Assembly (NCBI GenBank): GCA_022482815.1
Contig: JAKVOM010000001.1
Coordinates: 1,630,946-1,694,945, forward strand
Direction: 5' to 3'
Source: Acidaminococcus sp.
GTDB lineage: Bacteria; Bacillota; Negativicutes; Acidaminococcales; Acidaminococcaceae
DNA length: 64,000 nt
The translations under genes and the position numbers were made by a program. Under the pieces are notes generated by a model. That model saw only the letters and a program-made list of their open reading frames with translations, was not told the origin of the DNA and did not search any database. Position 1 is the stretch's first letter. Each line of letters opens with the position of its first letter. Below are positions 1-10,286 of this stretch, piece after piece.

Positions 1-740
1 ATCAGGCTGCCGTCTGCATTCTTGATGAATGGCTCCCGGAAGATATCATGAAGAAAATGACTGCTGAAAATAATTTCTCCGAAACTGCTTTCGCCGTATG
101 TGAGGGCGGAGACCGCTACCATCTGCGCTGGTTTACGCCGGCTGCGGAGATTGAGCTTTGCGGCCATGCCACACTGGCCACGGCTTTCGTGATTATGACA
201 ATCCTGAAACCGGAATGCAGTAAAGTCGAATTTGACACTTTGAGCGGTCTTTTGACGGTAACCAAAGACGGAGACCTCTTTACGCTGGACTTCCCGTCCA
301 ATACGCTGAAGCCCGTGGAAATCACGGAAGATTTCGTAAAGGCTATCGGCGTAAAGCCGAAGGAAGTGTACCTTGGTGATGATATGCTCTGCGTTCTCGA
401 TAATGAAGACGAGGTGCGCAGCGTAGTACCGAACCAGGAAGTGATTGCCAAACTGGACGGCGTCTGTTTCCATATCACCGCTCCAGGTAAGGACTATGAC
501 TGCGTGACGAGAACCTTTGCTCCAAAGTGCGGCGTTTACGAAGATCCGGTCTGCGGCCGGGCGCACTGTCACGTCATTCCTTACTGGGCAAAGAAGATGG
601 GCAAAAATGATATTAAAGCCTTCCAGGCTTCCAAGCGCGGCGGTGAACTGTACTGCCGTTATGCCGGTGACCGTACCTACATCAGCGGCAAAGCGACCCT
701 CTTTGCAGAAGTGACCGTTCATTTGGAAACGGTATTATAA
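1..740 (+). CDS. PhzF family (phenazine biosynthesis-like) isomerase, 5' end outside window
   Basis: Frame is open from base 3. Motifs NxSETAF, LRWFTP, E(I)xLCGHAT and EDPVCG are typical of PhzF-like epimerases. Confidence 0.9.
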   Translation, partial: QAAVCILDEWLPEDIMKKMTAENNFSETAFAVCEGGDRYHLRWFTPAAEIELCGHATLATAFVIMTILKPECSKVEFDTLSGLLTVTKDGDLFTLDFPSNTLKPVEITEDFVKAIGVKPKEVYLGDDMLCVLDNEDEVRSVVPNQEVIAKLDGVCFHITAPGKDYDCVTRTFAPKCGVYEDPVCGRAHCHVIPYWAKKMGKNDIKAFQASKRGGELYCRYAGDRTYISGKATLFAEVTVHLETVL

Positions 741-783
741 AATCACTGAGCCATTTATGAGCATACTTTGAAATAGAGCTGAT

Positions 784-833
784 AAGCTGTCGAAACTTTA
801 ACCTTTAACAGGCTGGTTTCGGCAGCTTTTTTT
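784..833 (+). terminator. Intrinsic terminator after the PhzF-like gene
   Basis: AAGCTGTCGAAAC...GTTTCGGCAGCTT stem followed by a T-run. Confidence 0.65.
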
Positions 834-848
834 CCTACCCGGAGGTTC

Positions 849-950
849 GCTATCTGCTGCTAACGGCTATCTGCTGCCTGCAAACTGCCTCAGGTTTTAC
901 CTGATAATCTGGCCGCACGATTGTACTAACTACTTCTCACTAACCACTTT
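849..950 (+). repeat. Interspersed heptamer repeat element (GCTATCT/GCTAACG units plus GCACGATTGTACTAAC core plus CTAACCA units)
   Basis: The same core recurs at about ten other intergenic sites in the window. Confidence 0.8.
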
Positions 951-1057
951 TGCTTCTATTTTTATTTTCTTGTAAAATTTACCATCTCTTAAGTGAATAA
1001 TAGCCTTTGGTATGGTACAATAATTACATATTTGAGAAATCATAAAGGAAGAGCATC

Positions 1058-2284
1058 ATGCGTGAATATACAAGAGCAACTATCACGAAAAAAGGCGAAA
1101 AAATGGCCCGCGGCGGTCATCCATGGGTATTTGCCGACGAAGTGGAACAGCTCGACGGTCCCTATGCAAACGGGGATCTGGTCGATGTGGTCAGTGAAAA
1201 GGGCAAATACATCGGCACCGGTTTTATCAACGATCATTCCAAGATTCGCATCCGCATTATTTCGATGAACGCTAACGATAAGTTTGACGCGGCGTTTTTT
1301 GAAAGACGGCTGCGCTACGCCGTCGATTACCGGAAAACGGTAATGCCCGGACCGGATTTTCGCTGCTGCCGCCTGATCTTTGGCGAAGCGGACGGATTCC
1401 CGGGTCTTACGGTGGACCGCTTTGAAGATGTGCTGGTGGCCCAGGTCCTGAGCCTTGGTATCGAGCAGCGCAAAGAAGAGATTTTTACGCTGCTTCTCAA
1501 GATTCTGCGCGAAATGGGCGAGAACATCAAAGGCATCTACGAACGCAACGATGTTAAAATCCGTGAGCTCGAGGGCATGACGGAAAATAAGGGTATTGCC
1601 GCGGTGGAAGGCAGCTCGCTGACGGAAAAAGACCTTCACCCGACGATTGTGGAAAATGGCCTGAAGTATCACGTCAATGTCGTGGATGGACAGAAAACGG
1701 GGTATTTCCTCGACCAGAAATATAATCGCCTGGCTGTGGCACGCATTGCAGCGGGCAAAAAGGTGCTCGACTGCTTCACCCATACGGGTGCCTTTGCCCT
1801 CAACGCGGCAAAGGGTGGGGCAGCTTCCGTGACGGCTGTCGATATTTCCGAGGAGGCCCTGCGCCAGGCAAAGGAAAATATTGCTCTGAACGGTTTTGAA
1901 AAGGTGATTACAACGGTCAAGGCAAATGTGTTTGATTACCTGACTGATCTCGAAAGCAAAAAGCAGCATCCTTTTGATTTTATCATTCTGGATCCGCCTG
2001 CTTTTACCAAATCCGGTCAGACCGTGAAAAACGCATTCCGCGGTTATAAGGACATCAACTTCCGGGCCATGAAACTGCTGCCGCGCGGCGGCTATCTGGC
2101 TACTTGTTCCTGCTCGCACTTTATGCGCGAAGACCTTTTTGTCAAGATGCTCAAAGAAGCAGCACACGATGCTTCCGTATCGCTGCGTCAAATTGAAGGA
2201 AGGCAGCAGGCACCGGATCATCCGATCCTTTATTCCGTGCCCGAAACGGATTACTTGAAATTTTATCTGTTCCAGATTGTTTAA
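1058..2284 (+). CDS. rlmI: Class I SAM-dependent rRNA methyltransferase (RlmI/YwbD-like, PUA domain)
   Basis: GHPWVF N-terminus, GQKTGYFLDQ, VLDCFTHTG and DFIILDPPAF motifs. Confidence 0.85.
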   Translation: MREYTRATITKKGEKMARGGHPWVFADEVEQLDGPYANGDLVDVVSEKGKYIGTGFINDHSKIRIRIISMNANDKFDAAFFERRLRYAVDYRKTVMPGPDFRCCRLIFGEADGFPGLTVDRFEDVLVAQVLSLGIEQRKEEIFTLLLKILREMGENIKGIYERNDVKIRELEGMTENKGIAAVEGSSLTEKDLHPTIVENGLKYHVNVVDGQKTGYFLDQKYNRLAVARIAAGKKVLDCFTHTGAFALNAAKGGAASVTAVDISEEALRQAKENIALNGFEKVITTVKANVFDYLTDLESKKQHPFDFIILDPPAFTKSGQTVKNAFRGYKDINFRAMKLLPRGGYLATCSCSHFMREDLFVKMLKEAAHDASVSLRQIEGRQQAPDHPILYSVPETDYLKFYLFQIV

Positions 2285-2304
2285 TAAAAGTGAGGGAATA
2301 AAAA

Positions 2305-2643
2305 ATGACAATGAAAAAATTGTTTACTATGCTGGCAGCAGCCCTTGTGGCAGGCCAGACTCTGAGCTTTACCCTGGGATCTCATCCGGCTGACGCTATG
2401 TCGACGGAACAGCGGTATCATGAATCCCGCATCGTCATGTCTACGGTTCACGATAACACGCCTTTTTATGCTGAACCGAACAAAGGTGCACTGACGCTGG
2501 GATTCTATCCGAAAGGAACCCTGTTTGTGCCTATCAACCAGTCCCGCAATTTGGAGGAAGCCAAGACCTACAACCTCGTCATTCGTTTTGACGGTGCTGT
2601 CGGCTGGGTCTCCTCGGATGATGTCGTGCTCAGCAAGCGCTGA
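2305..2643 (+). CDS. Small secreted protein with an SH3b-like domain
   Basis: RBS GAGG, signal peptide ending ADA, C-terminal GWVSSDDV typical of bacterial SH3. Confidence 0.65.
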   Translation: MTMKKLFTMLAAALVAGQTLSFTLGSHPADAMSTEQRYHESRIVMSTVHDNTPFYAEPNKGALTLGFYPKGTLFVPINQSRNLEEAKTYNLVIRFDGAVGWVSSDDVVLSKR

Positions 2644-2826
2644 TTGTCCCGGAAAATATAGCTGTTATCGTCGTTCCGTCCGGAGGAGCGGCCGGGACGA
2701 GGTGAGTATCACTTATTTTCCCTATACGAAAGATTTCCGTCCGGGAAAATAAAATATCAAGGGAAGCGCAGTAAAGAAAGCTGCCGGAGGCAGGTGTGTT
2801 TCCTGGAAGAAAGGGGAGGGCTTCGC

Positions 2827-4230
2827 ATGGAAGAAGAAAAAGAAATCAAGGCCCAGGATGAAGAAAAGCAGGAACAGCTCGAAGAACAAGTCGAAAATGA
2901 ACTGACATCTGCTCTGGGACGGCGTGACGAGAAAGCTGTTTCAGAACTCTTGGAGGAAGCCCACCCGATAGATATTGCTATTGCCCTGGAAGAAGTGACA
3001 GACAGCGATATCCTCTTCCTCAACCAGCTTATTTCTGCCGAGCAGATGGCTGACATCATCGAACAGGCCGATGAAGACCTTCAGGTCCGCATCATGAATC
3101 TCCTCGATATCGACCGTATCCTCGGTGTGTTCCAGCACATGTCCAAGGACGATATCGTCGATATCCTCGGCAATATGCCGGCTAACCGCCGCAAAGACCT
3201 GGTCCGTCTGATGAAGACGAGTGACCAGACAGTCATCCGGAACCTCTTAGGCTATCCGGAGACGAGCGCCGGCGGTATCATGACCACCGAATATATTTCG
3301 ATGCGCAGCACCCTGACGGTCAGCCAGGCTCTGGAAAAAGTAAAGGAAATTGCACCGCGCACGGAAGAAATCAACATCCTTTATATTACGAACGAAAAGA
3401 AGCAGCTCATCGGAACGGTGTCCCTGCGGGAACTGCTTGTTGCCAAGAACTATGACAAGCTCCAGGATATCATGGAAGATAACGTCATTTCCGTGGAACC
3501 GGAGACGGACCAGGAAGACGTTGCCCGTATCGTATCTAAATACGACCTGCACGCCATTCCTGTTGTCAACAAGAGAAAAGGTATCATTGGTATTATTACG
3601 GTCGACGATATCATCGATGTCATCGAAGAAGAAAATACCGAAGATATCTTAAAATTAGGCGGTGTCAATAAGGAAGAAGACGTCGACAGCACCATTGTCG
3701 AGTCCGTTAAGATGCGTCTTCCGTGGCTCCTGATCAATCTGGTCACTGCTTTCCTTGCTTCCGCTACGGTTTCCATGTTTGAAGATACGATTTCCCAGGT
3801 TGTAGCCTTGGCAGCAGCCATGCCGATTGTAGCCGGCATGGGCGGCAACGCGGCGACCCAGACGTTATCCGTCGTCATCCGCGGTATTGCCATGGGGGAT
3901 ATTACTCTGAAGGATAATAAAAAGCGGATTATCAAAAACGTTTGTGTCGGCTGTATCAACGGCATCATCAACGGCTGTATCGCCGGGGCCGTGGTGACAG
4001 TCATGTATCACAATGTGTATCTTGGTATCATCATCTTTATCGCAATGATCTGCAACTTGATGATCGCTGCCTTCGTCGGTTACGTAGTGCCGGTAGTCCT
4101 CAAGGCCCTCCATGCGGATCCGGCCGTGGCTTCCAGCATTTTCATCACGACCTTTACGGATGTCTGTGGTTTCTTCATCTTCCTGGGGCTTGCTAAACTC
4201 TGCCTGCCTCTCCTGCTTACGCAAGGATAA
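2827..4230 (+). CDS. mgtE: Magnesium transporter MgtE
   Basis: MgtE_N region, AGGIMT CBS pair, RLPWL, GMGGNAATQ and DPAVAS..TTFTD motifs; start chosen after the GGAGG RBS. Confidence 0.95.
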   Translation: MEEEKEIKAQDEEKQEQLEEQVENELTSALGRRDEKAVSELLEEAHPIDIAIALEEVTDSDILFLNQLISAEQMADIIEQADEDLQVRIMNLLDIDRILGVFQHMSKDDIVDILGNMPANRRKDLVRLMKTSDQTVIRNLLGYPETSAGGIMTTEYISMRSTLTVSQALEKVKEIAPRTEEINILYITNEKKQLIGTVSLRELLVAKNYDKLQDIMEDNVISVEPETDQEDVARIVSKYDLHAIPVVNKRKGIIGIITVDDIIDVIEEENTEDILKLGGVNKEEDVDSTIVESVKMRLPWLLINLVTAFLASATVSMFEDTISQVVALAAAMPIVAGMGGNAATQTLSVVIRGIAMGDITLKDNKKRIIKNVCVGCINGIINGCIAGAVVTVMYHNVYLGIIIFIAMICNLMIAAFVGYVVPVVLKALHADPAVASSIFITTFTDVCGFFIFLGLAKLCLPLLLTQG

Positions 4231-4384
4231 TTTTTATGAAAGAGATTTCCAAAGAGCCCTCCACGACCGAATTTGATCTGGCAGCGGGCTCTTTTTGTTC
4301 GAAAATTGGTATTAAAACGTAACTCTTTTGGCAAATTCACTTCGTAAATTCTACAAAAATGTTACAAAATAAGATTAACTTTCT

Positions 4385-4413
4385 TTGAAGTGTGAAATAA
4401 TCCATGTTATAAT
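4385..4413 (+). promoter_or_regulatory. Sigma70/SigA promoter of the P-type ATPase
   Basis: TTGAAG-17 bp-TATAAT with an extended TGn. Confidence 0.65.
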
Positions 4414-4443
4414 ATTCCCATATGTGAAGAAGGGAGAGACTTA

Positions 4444-7083
4444 TTGTTGAAAAAAGAGATTTTGGGACTGACCACAAAAGAAGCGGAAGCTTCCGGTAAG
4501 CGGTTTGGCTATAATGAACTTTCTAAGCCGGCGCAGGAGACGCTGTGGGATAAGTTCAAGGACAATTTGAAAGATCCTATGATCCGCATCTTGATTGTAG
4601 CGCTGCTCATCAATGTGGTGTTTGCTGCTACGGGCAATGCGGATTGGCTTGAAACCATCGGCATTTTTCTTGCTATTATGGTCGCAACATTGGTCAGTAC
4701 GTACTCGGAGTATTCCAATGAGTCTGCTTTCCAGAAATTACAGGAAGAGGCATCGCGCATCGTCTGCAAGGTCATCCGTGACGGTAAGCCACAGGAAATC
4801 GGAATCCAGGAAATCGTGCGCGGCGATGCCGTGATTCTGCAGGCTGGGGACCGTATTCCTGCCGATGGTTTTCTGCTCGATGGCTATATTAAAGTGGACC
4901 AGTCCGTGCTGAACGGTGAAAGTGAAGAAGCCACTAAACGGCCGCCGGAAGAAGGCCAGATCCTTGATATGGCCAAGGTGGATTTCCTCAATCCTCATTT
5001 TGTGTACCGCGGTTCCGTGGTGCTCGAAGGGGAAGGTGTCATGCACGTAGAAGCGGTCGGCGACCATTCTGTGTATGGCAAGCTGACGCAGGAACTCAAG
5101 AGCAACGAGCGGCCGAGCCCGCTGAAGCATAAACTTTCTGTTCTTGCTGCGATCATCAGCCGTCTTGGTTATACCGGCGGTGTTCTGATTGCCCTGGCGC
5201 TCATGCTGCACAAGATCCTTATGGCACCGAGCTTTGAGTTTTACATGTCAAACGGTACGCTGGTGCTGCACGACTTGATGGAAAGTATCATTCTCGGCGT
5301 CATCATTATTGTCATGGCAGTGCCGGAAGGACTTCCGCTCATGGTGGCACTTGTTTCTTCTCTCAATATGAAGAAAATGCTGCACGATAACGTCCTCGTC
5401 CGGAAGCTTGTCGGTATCGAAACAGCCGGCAGTTTGAACATCCTCTTTACGGATAAGACAGGAACCATTACCAAGGGCAAGCTGGAAGTCACGACGTTCG
5501 TGACCGGTGACGGCAAGGTGTATACGAATTTTACCGATTTGCCGGAACCGATTCGGAACGTGACCTACGCCAACTGCCTGATGAATACGTCTGCCACGGT
5601 GAGTGACGGTCGGATTATCGGCGGCAATATGACGGAAACTGCTCTCAGCCGTTATCTGGGTGATTTTACGATGGACCTGCCGCTGACGCGGGAGTATTTC
5701 GTGCCGTTTAATAGTACCAACAAGTACTCCTGGGCTCATGTGGTCGGGGATGACGTAGATTTATGTCTTATCAAGGGGGCTCCGGAAAAACTGCTTCCGG
5801 CAACAGAAACTTATTATGACAATGCAGGTAAAAAGCAGCCTTTTACGGCAGATATGAAGCGTTCCCTTGATGCTACGATGCTGGGCTTTGCCGAAAAGTC
5901 CATCCGCATGCTCGGGTTATTTTCCCGTGCCGGCATGATTGCCGGGGATAAGGTTCCGGGCAACGGTCTCACGCTGATCGGTATCCTGGGCATCCGCGAC
6001 GATGTCCGTCCGGAGTCGGTGAAAGCGATTGCAGAGGTGCACCGCGCCGGTATCCAGGTTGTTATGATTACGGGCGACCGGAGAGAAACGGCCATGGCAA
6101 TTGCCAAGGACGCAGGAATCCTGAGGGAACCCGATGATATCGTATGGACGAGCGATGAACTTTCCCAGATGAGTGACGGTGACATCAAAAAGCAGATCAG
6201 TCACCTTCGTGTGGTTGCCAGAGCCCTTCCGACGGATAAATCGCGCCTCGTGCGCATTGCCCAGGAGATGGGCCTTGTCGTCGGCATGACCGGCGACGGT
6301 GTCAATGATTCGCCGGCCCTCAAGAAAGCCGATGTCGGCTTTGCTATGGGCAGCGGTACGGAAGTCGCGAAAGAAGCCGGGGACATTGTCATCCTGGATG
6401 ATAACTTCCTCAGCATCAAACAGGCCATTCTGTACGGCCGTACGATTTACAATTCCATCTGCAAGTTCATCGTCTTCCAGCTGAGCATCAACTTCTCGGC
6501 GGTTGCGGTTAACCTCATTGCACCTTTCATTGGTATTGAGCATCCGCTGACAGTGATCCAGATCCTGTGGATCAACCTCATCATGGATACGCTGGCAGCC
6601 CTGGCGTTCGGCGGCGAACCGGCCCTTCCCGAATACTTGAACGAAGCGCCGAAGAGCCGCAGTGCTCCGATTGTCAGCCGTCCTATGTTCATCAAGATTC
6701 TGATAGGCGGCGGTTATATGACGTTCCTCAGCCTGCTATTCTTCCTGTGGGAACCGTTGTGGCACTTGTTTCGTCCGGGACCCCATCATATTTACCTCTA
6801 CACAGGTTATTTCTGCACTTACGTATTTATGGCTGTCTTCAATGCCTTTAACGTTCGTGTGGATTCCATCAATATCTTTGAACATCTAGGTGCCAACAAA
6901 GGCTTCCTGCAGATCAATATCATGATCATCGTCATTCAGGTTATCATGACACTGATTGGCGGCAGAATCCTGCGGGTACGTCCGCTGCTTCCCAGGGAGT
7001 GGATGGCAGTACTGCTCATTTCCCTGTCCATCATCGTGGTGGGGACTATTTTCAAGGCAATTCTGCGCGGAGAAAGAAAATAA
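4444..7083 (+). CDS. Calcium-translocating P-type ATPase (type II)
   Basis: NGES, VPEGLP, DKTGT, KGAPE, TGD and GDGVND motifs; QILWINLIMDT helix. Confidence 0.92.
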   Translation: MLKKEILGLTTKEAEASGKRFGYNELSKPAQETLWDKFKDNLKDPMIRILIVALLINVVFAATGNADWLETIGIFLAIMVATLVSTYSEYSNESAFQKLQEEASRIVCKVIRDGKPQEIGIQEIVRGDAVILQAGDRIPADGFLLDGYIKVDQSVLNGESEEATKRPPEEGQILDMAKVDFLNPHFVYRGSVVLEGEGVMHVEAVGDHSVYGKLTQELKSNERPSPLKHKLSVLAAIISRLGYTGGVLIALALMLHKILMAPSFEFYMSNGTLVLHDLMESIILGVIIIVMAVPEGLPLMVALVSSLNMKKMLHDNVLVRKLVGIETAGSLNILFTDKTGTITKGKLEVTTFVTGDGKVYTNFTDLPEPIRNVTYANCLMNTSATVSDGRIIGGNMTETALSRYLGDFTMDLPLTREYFVPFNSTNKYSWAHVVGDDVDLCLIKGAPEKLLPATETYYDNAGKKQPFTADMKRSLDATMLGFAEKSIRMLGLFSRAGMIAGDKVPGNGLTLIGILGIRDDVRPESVKAIAEVHRAGIQVVMITGDRRETAMAIAKDAGILREPDDIVWTSDELSQMSDGDIKKQISHLRVVARALPTDKSRLVRIAQEMGLVVGMTGDGVNDSPALKKADVGFAMGSGTEVAKEAGDIVILDDNFLSIKQAILYGRTIYNSICKFIVFQLSINFSAVAVNLIAPFIGIEHPLTVIQILWINLIMDTLAALAFGGEPALPEYLNEAPKSRSAPIVSRPMFIKILIGGGYMTFLSLLFFLWEPLWHLFRPGPHHIYLYTGYFCTYVFMAVFNAFNVRVDSINIFEHLGANKGFLQINIMIIVIQVIMTLIGGRILRVRPLLPREWMAVLLISLSIIVVGTIFKAILRGERK

Positions 7084-7221
7084 TTGGAAAAATGGCTGCT
7101 GCACCACGCAGCGGCCTTTTTCACGATTATACGGTTTCGCACTGCACAGGAGCCTGCGGCGGGCTTCTATTTTTGCAGCAATCTGAAGGGAAACCGTTTT
7201 TTTAAGGAGTAATGAAAGTAT

Positions 7222-8538
7222 ATGAATGATTTTCACATATCGTCGGGCCTTTTGACCGTGATTCTCGTTGTCTTTGTCTCGTTGTCTGCCTTTTTCTCCG
7301 CTTCGGAGACGGCACTTACGGGCAGCAACAAGCTGCGCCTCAAGAATCTTGCCAAGAACGGCGAGAAGCGGGCTAATACCGTGCTGCGGCTTCTGAGTCG
7401 TTTTGATAAGGCGCTGACGACGATTCTTGTGGGCAACAACATTGTCAATATCGCTACGGCATCGCTTGCCACAGCCGTGTGTACCGTGTATATGGGCACG
7501 TCCGGGCTTGCGGTGGCGACGGCCGTAACGACGGTCATTATCCTGATTTTCGGCGAAATCCTGCCGAAGAGCCTGGCTAAGGATCAGCCGGAAAAATTTG
7601 CTATGGCTTGTTCCTCTTTCCTGTCTGCTCTTGTTTTCCTGCTGACGCCGCTTACCGTCTTCTTCCAACTCATTCGCAAGGTCATGGACCATTTGGGCAA
7701 AAAGAAGCTGGCTCGTACGGCCAATGAGGAAGAGCTGCTGCTCATGGTGGACGAAGTCGAAAAAGGCGGCGATATCAAAAAGCGCGACAGCCAGCGCATC
7801 AAATCGGCTATTGAATTCAGCGATATCCGCGTCCGCGAAATCATGACGCCCCGCGTGGCTATTCGCGGCATTGACATTGCCGAAGGCAATAAGGCTGCGC
7901 TTGCTGTTTTTTCGACGCAGGGATTTTCGCGTCTGCCTGTCTTTAAGGATGATTACAACGAGGTCATCGGAGCGCTGCATGCAAAGGATTTTTATGCGGC
8001 CTATCTGAAAGATCCGGATTTTGATTTGCAGACGGTGCTTAAAAAAGTCGTGTTCGTGCATACTTCCACAAAGATTGCCAAAGTGCTGGAATCTCTGCAG
8101 GAATCCAAGGTGGAAATGGCTATCGTGGTGGACAGCTACGGTACCATTGACGGTCTTGTCACGACGGAAGATATCGTGGAAGAGCTGGTCGGTGAAATCT
8201 GGGATGAACACGATAAATTTACGTCGTCTTTCCAGAAAATTGCTCAGAATACGTATGTCGTCAACTGCAGTTCCAATTCGCAGAATGCCAATCTGTTTGA
8301 TCTGTTTAAATTCCTCGACCTCGATATTACCGACTATCACCTGGAAAATGATTCCATCAGCGGCTGGGTGCTCGATTCCCTGGGAGACATTCCGCAGAAG
8401 GGGGCCACCTTTGACTGCGGCAACCTCCACGTGACGGTTACGAAGGCCAATGCGCACAGAGTCGAAGAAATTGTCATTGAAGTCAAACCTCGCGGTGATG
8501 AAAATAAGGCCGAAGATAAAGAGCAGATTAACGAATAG
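7222..8538 (+). CDS. Hemolysin-family CNNM/CBS/CorC protein (putative Mg2+/Co2+ efflux)
   Basis: FFSASETA, ILVGNNIVN, FGEILPK, MTPR CBS pair, VDSYG, EDIVEELVGEI(W)DEHD. Confidence 0.92.
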   Translation: MNDFHISSGLLTVILVVFVSLSAFFSASETALTGSNKLRLKNLAKNGEKRANTVLRLLSRFDKALTTILVGNNIVNIATASLATAVCTVYMGTSGLAVATAVTTVIILIFGEILPKSLAKDQPEKFAMACSSFLSALVFLLTPLTVFFQLIRKVMDHLGKKKLARTANEEELLLMVDEVEKGGDIKKRDSQRIKSAIEFSDIRVREIMTPRVAIRGIDIAEGNKAALAVFSTQGFSRLPVFKDDYNEVIGALHAKDFYAAYLKDPDFDLQTVLKKVVFVHTSTKIAKVLESLQESKVEMAIVVDSYGTIDGLVTTEDIVEELVGEIWDEHDKFTSSFQKIAQNTYVVNCSSNSQNANLFDLFKFLDLDITDYHLENDSISGWVLDSLGDIPQKGATFDCGNLHVTVTKANAHRVEEIVIEVKPRGDENKAEDKEQINE

Positions 8539-8613
8539 GGACAGTCATCGCTCGCTTGTGTCGTTCTCACTTTTTTCACATTCTCACAATCAATATGATA
8601 TAATAATACCGTT

Positions 8614-9273
8614 ATGTTAAAAATTGACCAGCTGATCCGGACAAGGCGCCGGACACTTTCACTAGAAATCAATAAAGATGCCGAACTGATTGTCAGAGCT
8701 CCGCTCTACATGCCGCAAATCCAGATTGACCATTTTGTAGCGGAAAAAGCGCAGTGGATCCTGACTCATCAGGAACGGGTGCGCCGGGAGAAAAAACGCT
8801 TATCTCCCATTACTTTGACAGAAGGGTTCACGTTCCCGCTCCTGGGGCGTCCCTGCTCGCTGCATTTTGCCAATGTCGGTTCGATTCAGCTTGTAGGGGA
8901 CAGTCTCTGTATTCCCCGAGGGGCGACATTGAACTCCCTTGCTCAGTGGCTGGGGAGGTATCTTCTTGTGCTGCTTGAGGACCGGGTCAAATTTTACGCG
9001 GCCCGTCTGCAGCTGCCGGTACCGCCGATTAAACTGGCTAACGGCAAGTCGCGCTGGGGGTACTGCAACTATAAAAACGAGCTCGGTTTTAACTGGCGTC
9101 TTGTTTTTTGCAGCGTGGAGGCCGTGGATTACGTAGTGGTCCATGAGCTGTGCCATATTCAAAATAAATCCCATAATCGCCTTTTCTGGAAGGCTGTGGA
9201 ATCCATATTGCCGGACCGCAAAGAGCGGGAACGGTGGCTTAGAATCAATCGGAGGGTTATGGATATTTTATGA
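8614..9273 (+). CDS. M48/YgjP (DUF45) family metal-dependent hydrolase
   Basis: SRWGYC, LGFNWRL and YVVVHELCH...HNRLFW motifs. Confidence 0.88.
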   Translation: MLKIDQLIRTRRRTLSLEINKDAELIVRAPLYMPQIQIDHFVAEKAQWILTHQERVRREKKRLSPITLTEGFTFPLLGRPCSLHFANVGSIQLVGDSLCIPRGATLNSLAQWLGRYLLVLLEDRVKFYAARLQLPVPPIKLANGKSRWGYCNYKNELGFNWRLVFCSVEAVDYVVVHELCHIQNKSHNRLFWKAVESILPDRKERERWLRINRRVMDIL

Positions 9274-10286
9274 GCATCAACAAACGAATTCTCCTGTTCC
9301 TGACAATTCTGCTTCTGGTAGGGGGCGTCTCTTTCCACTTGCTTCATACAAGTCCGAAGTACATTGCCCAGCAGAAACAAATAGAGGAATCAAAGATTGT
9401 GCACGATAAGGACACGAAGCTGCCTTATGCCTTCTTGAATAACGTGATTGCCCAGTCAGGGGCTTCCTGTTCTGTGTACTACAAGTCCCTGGATACAGGT
9501 GAGGTCTTCTATAACTTTTCCGGTAAGATGCCGGCCGGGGGTCTCATCCGTCCGTACGTTGCCGCTGCCGTATTGCAGCAGGTCAAGGATGGAGAGCTGA
9601 AACTGACGGATACGGAGACGGTAAAGGAAAGTGAAAAACTGCCCGCCAGCCCTGTCATGTCAAAAATGGCCGAAGGCAGCAAGGTGACCATCCAGCGTCT
9701 TCTGGAAGCCATGATGCTGCAGAATGACCAGACGGCCATGAGCAAACTGGTGGCCCTTGCCGGGCGCGACGTGATCAACAAGTACCTTTTGGATAAGGGA
9801 TTTGCTGATACGTACCTTAGCAGCAAGGATTTTGAAAATACGGATGAAGTACTGCCCAGAGGGATTCCCGAAAATCCTGAAGGTGACAAAGAGAAAAAGC
9901 CGGAAGCTAAAAAGGATAAAGAGCCGGAAAAGGAACCTGAAATCAGTTATACTTCCGTCAACGATACAGTAGCTCTTTTAAGTAAACTTTATGCAGGTCA
10001 GCTGATAGATCAGAAGCAGGATCTTTATCTGCTTTCTCTTTTTGAACAGCAGGATGACCGTCATCTCATGGGGGCGCTGCTGCCAAGGAACCTGAAGCTG
10101 GCCCAGCTTTCTGTCGATCACGGCCGTGTTCTTAATGCGGCGGGGATTGTGTATGGCAATGAAAAATATATCCTTGTGATGATGACGGATAAGGCACTGC
10201 GTCCGGAAGAGACGCGCAAGACCATGAATCAGATTTCCTCGATTATTTTCAATACGGTGAACGACAAAGAGGTGTTCAAGAAGTGA
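9270..10286 (+). CDS. Membrane-anchored class A beta-lactamase-like serine hydrolase homolog (catalytic motifs degenerate)
   Basis: Beta-lactamase2-like layout with an N-terminal TM helix; SxxK reads GLIR, SDN reads QND, and KTG is absent. Confidence 0.75.
   Translation: MSINKRILLFLTILLLVGGVSFHLLHTSPKYIAQQKQIEESKIVHDKDTKLPYAFLNNVIAQSGASCSVYYKSLDTGEVFYNFSGKMPAGGLIRPYVAAAVLQQVKDGELKLTDTETVKESEKLPASPVMSKMAEGSKVTIQRLLEAMMLQNDQTAMSKLVALAGRDVINKYLLDKGFADTYLSSKDFENTDEVLPRGIPENPEGDKEKKPEAKKDKEPEKEPEISYTSVNDTVALLSKLYAGQLIDQKQDLYLLSLFEQQDDRHLMGALLPRNLKLAQLSVDHGRVLNAAGIVYGNEKYILVMMTDKALRPEETRKTMNQISSIIFNTVNDKEVFKK

Noticed and set aside
2643-2826. M-box (ykoK) riboswitch
   Set aside because: Only a short AGGTGAG coincidence; the rest of the conserved core is absent.
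4414-4443. yybP-ykoY riboswitch before the P-type ATPase
   Set aside because: The predicted promoter leaves only about 25 nt of leader.
9270-10286. Functional beta-lactam resistance gene
   Set aside because: Catalytic SxxK, SDN and KTG motifs are not conserved.
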